Source of the DNA: Lachnospiraceae bacterium
GTDB lineage: Bacteria > Bacillota > Negativicutes > Veillonellales > Megasphaeraceae
DNA length: 54,431 bases
Reading direction: 5' to 3'
Assembly (NCBI GenBank): GCA_963657835.1
Contig: CAVKOP010000001.1
Span: 1 to 54,431, forward strand
The notes beneath the pieces are model-generated. The model was not told the DNA's origin. It searched no databases and saw only the letters and a list, made by a program, of their open reading frames with translations. Made by a program: the position numbers and the translations under genes. Positions 47,243 to 54,431 of this stretch are shown here, in pieces (position 1 is the stretch's first letter; each line of letters begins with the position of its first letter).

Positions 47243-50227
47243 ATGAAAATTATACAAATGAATTTAGATGATTTTGGCATCTATCATAATGTAGAATGGA
47301 ATCCGCCGGAAAAAGGGCTCATCGTCATGCATGGCCAAAATGAAAGCGGCAAAACAACTCTCATGAAATATGTCCGCTCCATGTTTTTTGGCTATCAGCG
47401 GGGCGATTGGCGGGGCTACAAAGGCCATATGGATATACGCCGTGATGACGGCCACGAGTATCGTATCTACCGCAATGAAAAAGAATCGTACATGACAGAT
47501 GGAGACCTTACCATTCATGAAGAACCTGCAGAATTATGGTGGCATAGTTTAGATCGCCGGACGTATGACCAGGTCTTTGCCATGGGCTTGGAAGATCTGC
47601 AGGGGTTCAAGATTTTGGCAAGTGAAGAAGTGCGCAGCCATTTTTTCAGTGTAGAAGGCGGCGTACGCATGGGAACGACGCGGCGGGATTTGACGCGGCT
47701 CATGGGAGAACTTTTGGTAGCGTCTCCGCAGGGAAAAAAGCCGATTAATGCGCTCCTCAATGAACAGCGTGATTTTGACCGCCGCATTCACAGCCTGGCA
47801 TATGATGAAAATGAATTTGCAGAGCTGCAGGCACAGGAACGCACGACCCATGAAATAGAAAACCGAATTCGCTTGGATATTGAAGAAACCAAACTGCAGA
47901 TTGAAAAGGTTTCTATGCCAATAGCTGCCTGGGATGTATATAAACGCGGTCAGGATGCGATGAAGCGGATGCAGGACCTGGCTGATGTGGCCCAGTTTCC
48001 GGAAGACGGCGTACAAAAATGGACAGATTTGGAAAACAAAATTAAGGAAATAGAAGAACAAATCAAAAAATTGGCATCCATATCCAGAGAAGGCCCGGCG
48101 TTTCAGCCAGGATGGAACAAATGGCTTATCTGCGGCACGCAGCTGGATGAAATTTTTCAGCATACGACCGAATGGAAACAAGGGATAATCGAAATTGCCG
48201 ACCATGCCGATACAGAAATGGATTGGCAGTTTGAACAAAATCAGTATGCAGAAAAACTGAAGCAATGGAGCAGTCAAACCGTTCCGGAACACATCGATTG
48301 GCCTAAAGGGTTGTCGCTGGCAGCTAGTTTGAACCGGTTTGAACAAGAACAGGAAAAATGGCAGGCAGCCAAACCGAAAAATGTAACCTCTCTTCCTGAA
48401 GAAAACGAAGAAGAACCAGGTCATACCAAAGAAGAATGGACTGCGATTGGCAAAGCCGTGTCAGCGATTCAGGCGTCCCTGTTGGAACGGCAGAAAATAG
48501 AAGAACAGCTGCAGTGGCTGCAAAGCGAATCAGGCAATAATTCACATGGCTTTGCGATTCTTTCAGGGTTATTTTTTATAGGAGCTGTCGCACTGCTGGC
48601 GTTCGTTTTCCTGTATGATTTGGACCAAACCCTTGGATTTGGCGGGACATTGGGCTGTGCTGTGATTGCTGCGGCTTCCTATGTAAAGCAGCGGATTAAT
48701 GCGGGGCGGATTCCTAGAAAAATGGAAGAATTGGAAGTACGAAAAAAAGGTATGGAAGATACCTTGATGACATTGGCAGAGCAAGCCCATTTGGAAATTC
48801 AGGCTTCCGATGCTACCGAAGTTTGGACTCAAAAGCTGGATGAAGTCCGTAAAAAATATATGGATTGGAAAACGCACGAAAGCAAAACGGCGTGGGAAAA
48901 AGAACAGAAGGTCATGTATGACGCTATTTACGATAAATGGGATAAAGAAGGACATGATTGGAAAGAAAAAGTCGATACCTGCCGCAAAGCATGGGAAAAC
49001 TGGCTGACAGCAACGGGCCTGACAAAACTTTCCATAGACAAAATCCAGGAAGCCAAGGATATTTGGGAAAAATGGCAGAATGTATCTCAATCCATGCATA
49101 CATGGCAAAAACGCAAGGAAGACCTGCAAAGCCACATTGCCCAATGGCATGACGGCGCTGAACAGCTTTTTAGAGAAATCGGCATTGCGGCGGCTGTCAC
49201 ACCGGAACAAGTAGAAACGGTATACAAACAGTGGCAGCAGATTCGCGTACAGGCTGAAGTGGCCAAAGAACAAGACAAACAGCAGAAAGAACGGGATGCC
49301 CAGATTGAAGAGCTGAAGAAAGATAAAGAAATTCGGCAGCGGCAGCAGCAGGACTTGCTCGTTTTGACAGGTGCGCAGACTGTCGGTGAATTTCGCAGTA
49401 AAGTTCTTAAATTTCGGCAGTTTAAACAATATAAAGAAATTTATGAACAATCGGAAGCCCATATCCGTTTGATTGCTAAAAATCCGAAAAATCTGGCAGC
49501 ACTGCGGCATGAATTAAAAATCCATACGTTGAAAAACTGGACAGATGAACGGACATATTACGAAAAGAAAATTGCTGAATCCGAAAAGAAACTGGCAGAA
49601 GTAGCTGAAAAAAGAGGAACATTTATTGAACGTCTCAGCCAAATGGCTAAAAGCGATACGTACAATAAACTGCTGCAGGAAAAACAAAACCGCAAAGCTG
49701 AGTTAGATACCAAAGTCAATGACTGGCTTACTTATGCGTTTGCACAATATATGCTGGGAGAAGCACAGGCCTATTATGAACGGGTCCGCCAGCCTATTGT
49801 CATCCGTCAGGCCAGTGATTATCTCCATCTTATGACGCAGGGACGGTACACGCTGCAGGCTACGTTTGACGGCAAGCAGTTATATGCTGTCGATGGGACG
49901 CAGCGCCGCATTCCGGAAAAACAATGGAGCAGCGGCCTTGGCGACCAAATTTACTTGGCTATCCGCATTAGTCTGGCCATGGCATTTTCCAAACAAATCG
50001 AACCGATGCCGCTTATTTTGGATGATATTTTTGTCCGGTTTGATGAACAGCGGCAAAAAGAAGCATTGCATTTCTTGGCGGACCTTGGCAAAAAGGAACA
50101 AATTTTCCTCTTTACCTGCTCGCGCACGACGCGGGATATTGCCAAAGAAGTACAGCAGGCCTTGGCCGGCGAAACCGATACGGTACATCTTTTTGAAATT
50201 GAACAAGGCACTATTAAGGAAGCATAA
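47243..50227 (+). CDS. yhaN: SbcC/Rad50-like coiled-coil ATPase (YhaN family)
   Basis: Walker A GQNESGKTT, long coiled coil, signature WSSG...QIYLAIR, Walker B PLILDDIFVRFD. Confidence 0.85.
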   Translation: MKIIQMNLDDFGIYHNVEWNPPEKGLIVMHGQNESGKTTLMKYVRSMFFGYQRGDWRGYKGHMDIRRDDGHEYRIYRNEKESYMTDGDLTIHEEPAELWWHSLDRRTYDQVFAMGLEDLQGFKILASEEVRSHFFSVEGGVRMGTTRRDLTRLMGELLVASPQGKKPINALLNEQRDFDRRIHSLAYDENEFAELQAQERTTHEIENRIRLDIEETKLQIEKVSMPIAAWDVYKRGQDAMKRMQDLADVAQFPEDGVQKWTDLENKIKEIEEQIKKLASISREGPAFQPGWNKWLICGTQLDEIFQHTTEWKQGIIEIADHADTEMDWQFEQNQYAEKLKQWSSQTVPEHIDWPKGLSLAASLNRFEQEQEKWQAAKPKNVTSLPEENEEEPGHTKEEWTAIGKAVSAIQASLLERQKIEEQLQWLQSESGNNSHGFAILSGLFFIGAVALLAFVFLYDLDQTLGFGGTLGCAVIAAASYVKQRINAGRIPRKMEELEVRKKGMEDTLMTLAEQAHLEIQASDATEVWTQKLDEVRKKYMDWKTHESKTAWEKEQKVMYDAIYDKWDKEGHDWKEKVDTCRKAWENWLTATGLTKLSIDKIQEAKDIWEKWQNVSQSMHTWQKRKEDLQSHIAQWHDGAEQLFREIGIAAAVTPEQVETVYKQWQQIRVQAEVAKEQDKQQKERDAQIEELKKDKEIRQRQQQDLLVLTGAQTVGEFRSKVLKFRQFKQYKEIYEQSEAHIRLIAKNPKNLAALRHELKIHTLKNWTDERTYYEKKIAESEKKLAEVAEKRGTFIERLSQMAKSDTYNKLLQEKQNRKAELDTKVNDWLTYAFAQYMLGEAQAYYERVRQPIVIRQASDYLHLMTQGRYTLQATFDGKQLYAVDGTQRRIPEKQWSSGLGDQIYLAIRISLAMAFSKQIEPMPLILDDIFVRFDEQRQKEALHFLADLGKKEQIFLFTCSRTTRDIAKEVQQALAGETDTVHLFEIEQGTIKEA

Positions 50228-50232
50228 ATTCA

Positions 50233-50273
50233 TAAAAAAAGGGGGCTGCCGCACAAAGCGGCATCCCCTTTTT
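50233..50273 (+). terminator. Intrinsic terminator after yhaN
   Basis: aaggggg-ctgccgc / gcggca-tccccttttt. Confidence 0.75.
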
Positions 50274-50329
50274 GCTTGCAGTTTTTATGTGACCATGCAG
50301 CGGGACAACACGGAAAATCAGTCAGTGTA

Positions 50330-50444
50330 TTGACAATTTTTGCAGCTCATGGTATAGTGTACAAAGTTAGGCAGGGAATTTAAGCCTAGCTTTTTTAAGT
50401 TACAGAAAAATTTTCTTGACTTAGCCTTATAGGTGTGATACATT
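50330..50444 (+). promoter_or_regulatory. Tandem SigA promoters for rpmG-secE-nusG
   Basis: TTGACA-N17-TATAGT (50330-50358) and TTGACT-N17-TACATT (50416-50444), both with TG extension. Confidence 0.7.
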
Positions 50445-50518
50445 ATAAAGGCAGTCTTACGCAGGCAATCGGCCTGCGACTATTTATAATAGACTATCGA
50501 TTAAGAGAGGTGTAAGGA

Positions 50519-50668
50519 ATGCGTACAGCGATTACATTGGCATGCACAGAATGCAAACAGCGTAACTACCGGACGAACAAAAATAAGAAAAACAATCCGG
50601 ATCGTTTGGAATTGAAAAAATACTGCCCGTTCTGCAAAAAAGAAACATTACATAAAGAAACAAAATAA
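50519..50668 (+). CDS. rpmG: 50S ribosomal protein L33 (zinc-binding form)
   Basis: Not in ORF track: [49 protein letters not shown]. Confidence 0.96.
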   Translation: MRTAITLACTECKQRNYRTNKNKKNNPDRLELKKYCPFCKKETLHKETK

Positions 50669-50717
50669 TTTGTGAAATAAGATGTTGCTTGAATCTTATT
50701 TGGATGTGAGAGGTTAT

Positions 50718-50948
50718 ATGGCACAATCAGCTAAAAAAGCAGCACAAAAGAATAAGAAGAATCCGGGTAAGTCATTTTTACAAGGCGTTAAGGTAGAAAT
50801 GAAGAAGGTCATCTGGCCGACAAAAAGAGAACTGATTAACTATACTGTCATGGTTATCGTTGCAACGATTGTTGTTATGGCAATTATCGGCGCATCAGAT
50901 GGCGTATTTTCTCAGTTGTTTAATTTACTTCGTAATATTGTCGGATAG
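50718..50948 (+). CDS. secE: Preprotein translocase subunit SecE
   Basis: EMKKVIWPTKRE plus TM helix; position between rpmG and nusG. Confidence 0.95.
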   Translation: MAQSAKKAAQKNKKNPGKSFLQGVKVEMKKVIWPTKRELINYTVMVIVATIVVMAIIGASDGVFSQLFNLLRNIVG

Positions 50949-50964
50949 GGAGGCCTGCGCTTAG

Positions 50965-51504
50965 ATGGAATCAGATAAAAAATGGTATGTCATCCATACG
51001 TATTCCGGTTATGAAAATAAAGTAATGGCTACACTGGAACGCAAGGTCAAATCCATGGGCTTGGAAGACACGATTAGTAAAATCCTCGTGCCGATGGAAG
51101 AAGTCGTAGAGGTAAAAGACGGCAAAAAACGCACGGTAAAACGTAAAATGTATCCGGGCTATGTCGTTCTCGAAATGGAAGTGAATGACCGTTCCTGGTA
51201 CGTCGTACGCAACACCCCTGGCGTAACAGGATTTGTTGGCTCAGCAACGAAGCCCGTTCCATTGGAACCGGATGAAGTCAAAAAGATTTTGAAAACTCAG
51301 GGTATGGACAATGAACCTAAGACACAGATTTCAGTAGAAATTGGTGAACAGGTTCGCATCACATCCGGTTCATTTGAAAACTGCATTGCTACCGTTACGG
51401 AAATTAATGAAGAAAAAGGTACCGTAAAAGGCCTCATTGATATGTTTGGCCGTGAAACAGTGGTAGAAGTCGACTATTCTCAAATCGAGAAGAGTCTGGA
51501 ATAA
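50965..51504 (+). CDS. nusG: Transcription factor NusG
   Basis: WYVIHTYSGYENKV, PGYV, VRNTPGVTGFVG and KOW with MFGRET. Confidence 0.97.
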   Translation: MESDKKWYVIHTYSGYENKVMATLERKVKSMGLEDTISKILVPMEEVVEVKDGKKRTVKRKMYPGYVVLEMEVNDRSWYVVRNTPGVTGFVGSATKPVPLEPDEVKKILKTQGMDNEPKTQISVEIGEQVRITSGSFENCIATVTEINEEKGTVKGLIDMFGRETVVEVDYSQIEKSLE

Positions 51505-51534
51505 TATACTTCTAAAATGTGGCGTAAGCCGCGA

Positions 51535-51563
51535 GTGGGAGAATCGAAAGATTCGCTTACCAC
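51535..51563 (+). promoter_or_regulatory. L1-binding (autoregulatory) site upstream of rplK
   Basis: GTGGGAG-hairpin-TTACCAC, a mimic of the L1 site. Confidence 0.65.
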
Positions 51564-51593
51564 ATCTTGTAATGTAAGGAGGTGTAACTCACC

Positions 51594-52019
51594 ATGGCAA
51601 AAAAAGTAACAAAAATGGTTAAGCTTCAGTGTGAAGCTGGCAAAGCAACTCCGGCGCCTCCTATTGGCCCTGCATTAGGCCAGGCTGGTGTCAACATTAT
51701 GGCTTTCGTAAAGGAATTTAACGAACGTACAGCTAAACAGGCTGGTTTCATTATCCCTGTCGAAATTACTGTATATGAAGACCGTTCCTTTACATTCATT
51801 ACAAAAACACCGCCTGCTGCTGTTCTCTTGAAAAAAGCAGCTGGTATCGACAAAGCTTCGGGCGAACCGAACAAGAAAAAAGTTGCAAAAGTTGGTCGTG
51901 ACAAAGTTCGCGAAATTGCAACGACAAAAATGCCGGACCTCAACGCTAACGACGTTGAAGCCGCTATGAAAATGATTGAAGGCACTGCCCGCAGCATGGG
52001 TATCGAAATCGTCGACTAA
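51594..52019 (+). CDS. rplK: 50S ribosomal protein L11
   Basis: [21 protein letters not shown] and GTARSMG. Confidence 0.98.
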   Translation: MAKKVTKMVKLQCEAGKATPAPPIGPALGQAGVNIMAFVKEFNERTAKQAGFIIPVEITVYEDRSFTFITKTPPAAVLLKKAAGIDKASGEPNKKKVAKVGRDKVREIATTKMPDLNANDVEAAMKMIEGTARSMGIEIVD

Positions 52020-52040
52020 TCTCGAACGGTTTCTCTGCCC

Positions 52041-52071
52041 GTGGAAGGGGTCTATCGCCCCGCTAAACCAC
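52041..52071 (+). promoter_or_regulatory. Second L1-binding site upstream of rplA
   Basis: GTGGAAG-gggg/cccc hairpin-TAAACCAC next to the rplA RBS. Confidence 0.6.
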
Positions 52072-52087
52072 ATAAGGAGGAAAACAC

Positions 52088-52804
52088 ATGGCAAAAGTAG
52101 GCAAGAAATATGCTGAAGCAGCTAAATTGGTCGACAAAACAAAATTGTATGACCCGGCTGAAGCAGTAGATATCTTGAAAAAAATGGATACAGCTAAATT
52201 TGATGAAACCGTTGAATTGGCTGTAAACTTAAACGTAGATCCGAAATATGCTGACCAGCAGGTTCGTGGCGCCTTGGTTCTGCCGCACGGCATTGGTAAA
52301 TCCAAGACGGTTCTCGTATTTGCTGAAGGCGAACAGGAAAAACAAGCTCAAGAAGCTGGCGCAGATTACGTCGGCGCAGACGACTTGGTTGAAAAAATCA
52401 AGGGCGGCTGGCTTGATTTCGACGTAGCAATCGCTACACCGAAAATGATGGGCAAAGTTGGTCGTTTAGGTAAAATCCTCGGTCCTAAAGGCTTGATGCC
52501 TAACCCGAAGGTTGGTACTGTAACGATGGACGTTGCAAAAGCTGTTTCCGAAAGTAAAGCAGGGAAAGTTGAATACCGTACTGATAAAGCCGGCAATATT
52601 CATTCCCCTATTGGCAAAAAATCTTTCGATGCAAATAAATTGGTTGAAAACCTTACAACTCTCGTCGATACACTTATCAAAGTAAAACCGTCGGGTGCTA
52701 AAGGCCAGTATATCAAAACGATTACCATCAGCTCTACAATGGGCCCTGGTATTCACATCAACCCGTTCAGCGTTAAAGGTGTTGTAAAAGCTGACGAACA
52801 ATAA
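52088..52804 (+). CDS. rplA: 50S ribosomal protein L1
   Basis: [32 protein letters not shown] and SSTMGPG. Confidence 0.98.
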   Translation: MAKVGKKYAEAAKLVDKTKLYDPAEAVDILKKMDTAKFDETVELAVNLNVDPKYADQQVRGALVLPHGIGKSKTVLVFAEGEQEKQAQEAGADYVGADDLVEKIKGGWLDFDVAIATPKMMGKVGRLGKILGPKGLMPNPKVGTVTMDVAKAVSESKAGKVEYRTDKAGNIHSPIGKKSFDANKLVENLTTLVDTLIKVKPSGAKGQYIKTITISSTMGPGIHINPFSVKGVVKADEQ

Positions 52805-52813
52805 TATCTCTCT

Positions 52814-52924
52814 TAGCTGTAGACTGAAGGTATGTATAATGGACGATTGTCCGCCATCTGAGGCTAAAACTAGTAGATTATGACTATGACTAGTTCGGCC
52901 TCATGCAAATGAGGCCGTTTTTTA
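52814..52924 (+). ncRNA. L10 leader (rplJ-rplL autoregulatory RNA) with terminator
   Basis: CTGTAGAC.GAAGG...TAA...CTGAGG core, then cggcctcat/atgaggccg plus T run. Confidence 0.8.
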
Positions 52925-52969
52925 TTGCTAAGACGATATAAATCCCACATCAAGGAGGTGTATCGAAAC

Positions 52970-53527
52970 ATGTCTATGTATGCAAAACATCAGGTATCCC
53001 CGGCAAAAGCTGCAGTCGTTGAAGAAATGAAAGAAAAACTGCAGTCCGCTCAGGGTGCTGTTTTGGTCGGTTTTACCGGCTTAACTGTAGCTGAAGTTAC
53101 AAAACTTCGTCGTAAATTCCGCGAAGGCGGCGTTGAATACAAAGTTATCAAAAACACATTAACTCGTATTGCTGCTGATGAACTCGGCTACAATGGATTG
53201 GATGAATTCCTCGAAGGCCCGACAGCTATCGCATATTCTACAGAAGATGTTGTAGCACCGGCAAAAATCCTCAAAGAATTCATCAAAGAAACAAAGACAG
53301 AAGCTATTACCGTTAAAGTTGGTATTGCTGATGGTCAAGTTATTGACAAAGCATCTGTTGACGCATTGGCAAACTTGCCAAGCCGCGAAGAACTCATCGC
53401 GAAAATCGTTGGCAGCATGCAGGCTCCTATCTCTGGCCTCGTCAACGTACTTCAGGGCAACATCCGCAACATGGTTTATGTGCTTGACGCAGTACGTGCT
53501 AAAAAAGCAGAACAAGAAAGTGCTTAA
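52970..53527 (+). CDS. rplJ: 50S ribosomal protein L10
   Basis: GLTVAEVTKLR, VIKNTL, GPTA and LPSREEL; start ATG 52970 after AAGGAGG. Confidence 0.97.
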   Translation: MSMYAKHQVSPAKAAVVEEMKEKLQSAQGAVLVGFTGLTVAEVTKLRRKFREGGVEYKVIKNTLTRIAADELGYNGLDEFLEGPTAIAYSTEDVVAPAKILKEFIKETKTEAITVKVGIADGQVIDKASVDALANLPSREELIAKIVGSMQAPISGLVNVLQGNIRNMVYVLDAVRAKKAEQESA

Positions 53528-53610
53528 TGCGGCGTAATAGAGATTCACTGATAATGCGAAACTAAAATAACTGTAATATTTACAAATTGATACTATGGAG
53601 GTATTTTAAA

Positions 53611-53979
53611 ATGACTAAAGAAGAAATCATGCAAGCCATTGAAAACATGACTGTTTTGGAACTTTCCGAACTCGTAAAAGATATGGAAGAAAAATTCGGC
53701 GTATCTGCTGCAGCTCCTGTAGCTGTTGCTGCAGCTCCTGCTGCTGGCGGCGCTGCTGCTGAAGAAAAATCCGAATTCGATGTTGTCCTCACATCTGCTG
53801 GCGACAAAAAAATCGCTGTAATCAAAGTTGTTCGTGAAGTAACTGGCCTTGGCTTGAAAGAAGCTAAAGCTCTCGTTGACGGCGCTCCTAAAGCTGTTAA
53901 AGAAGGCGTTGCTAAAGCTGACGCTGAAGCTCTCAAAGCTAAACTCGAAGAAGCAGGCGCTTCTGTTGAATTGAAATAA
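53611..53979 (+). CDS. rplL: 50S ribosomal protein L7/L12
   Basis: [19 protein letters not shown] and [19 protein letters not shown]. Confidence 0.98.
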   Translation: MTKEEIMQAIENMTVLELSELVKDMEEKFGVSAAAPVAVAAAPAAGGAAAEEKSEFDVVLTSAGDKKIAVIKVVREVTGLGLKEAKALVDGAPKAVKEGVAKADAEALKAKLEEAGASVELK

Positions 53980-53999
53980 TTTCTGCTGAAATTATTGTC

Positions 54000-54037
54000 A
54001 GACACCGTGTACAATTGTGTACGCGGTGTCTTTTTTT
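54000..54037 (+). terminator. Intrinsic terminator after rplL
   Basis: agacaccgtgtaca / tgtacgcggtgtct plus T run. Confidence 0.85.
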
Positions 54038-54166
54038 GATTACGAAAACCTCATATCGAAAAAATGAGATAATAGATACTTGTATACAACGATAAAAAAA
54101 CAATCCGTCAGAAAAATTACTCAAATCCTTGCATGCATGAAGATGGGGAGGTATATCTAAGGAAAA

Positions 54167-54431
54167 TTAGAAATCGAATTGTAATATCCGTGATGGACGA
54201 CCGGCTTTACGATGGTATTTTTTCCCTATTTCATAACAGTGACGAGTATCAATTAATTTTAGAATTATTCGATTTACCGCTCGCGTAGATATATGTAAGT
54301 AATCAGCCAATTCGTTTACTGTACATTCATGACTTCCTTTTTCTGTTAAAAGTTTGTGAATCTGACTTAATGTGAAAGAGCTAATTCCTGTTTCTCTTGA
54401 TAGGGAAGAAAATCGGTCATTAATAATAGGT
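54167..54431 (-). CDS. C-terminal part of a probable winged-HTH regulator (enters from the right edge)
   Basis: Not in ORF track: ...ECTVNELADYLHISTRAVNRIILKLID...KAGRPSRILQFDF*; HTH plus GRP wing motif; AT-rich. Confidence 0.65.
   Translation of the reverse strand, partial: PIINDRFSSLSRETGISSFTLSQIHKLLTEKGSHECTVNELADYLHISTRAVNRIILKLIDTRHCYEIGKKYHRKAGRPSRILQFDF

Noticed and set aside
1..54431. CRISPR arrays, tRNA/rRNA, IS elements
   Set aside because: No regularly spaced repeats, cloverleaf-like sequences, rRNA or transposase ORFs recognised.

Overview
Chromosomal segment from an anaerobic fermentative Firmicute. Gene content and codon style suggest Negativicutes, probably Megasphaera-like (inference, not a database match). 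It has about 50 CDS and no recognisable rRNA, tRNA, CRISPR array, integrase or transposase. Ordinary content: butyrate-pathway genes (crt, bcd, butyryl-CoA:acetate CoA-transferase), transporters, rpoN, parAB, folP, bioB, yhaO/yhaN and the rpmG-secE-nusG-rplKAJL cluster with L1/L10 leaders. The standout is a tightly coupled 12-gene operon at 4872-17323: TM1266-type [FeFe]-hydrogenase-system regulator, nifH-like/nifD-like/nifK-like set 1, hypF-hypC-hypD-hypE, a second nifH/D/K-like set, and hydF. It joins parts of three metallocofactor systems: nitrogenase-fold reductases lacking FeMo-co/P-cluster ligands, the Fe(CN)2CO arm of [NiFe] maturation without hypA/hypB or a [NiFe] enzyme, and the [FeFe] H-cluster scaffold without hydE/hydG. 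A terminator/antiterminator leader that I cannot assign to a known class precedes it. Working hypothesis: an undescribed Fe-CN/CO cofactor assembly line, possibly HydG-independent H-cluster maturation. Also found: a NiCo (czcD) riboswitch upstream of a CDF exporter, a duplicated promoter+hairpin module, and a candidate folP attenuator. All calls come from reading motifs by eye; no searches were run.
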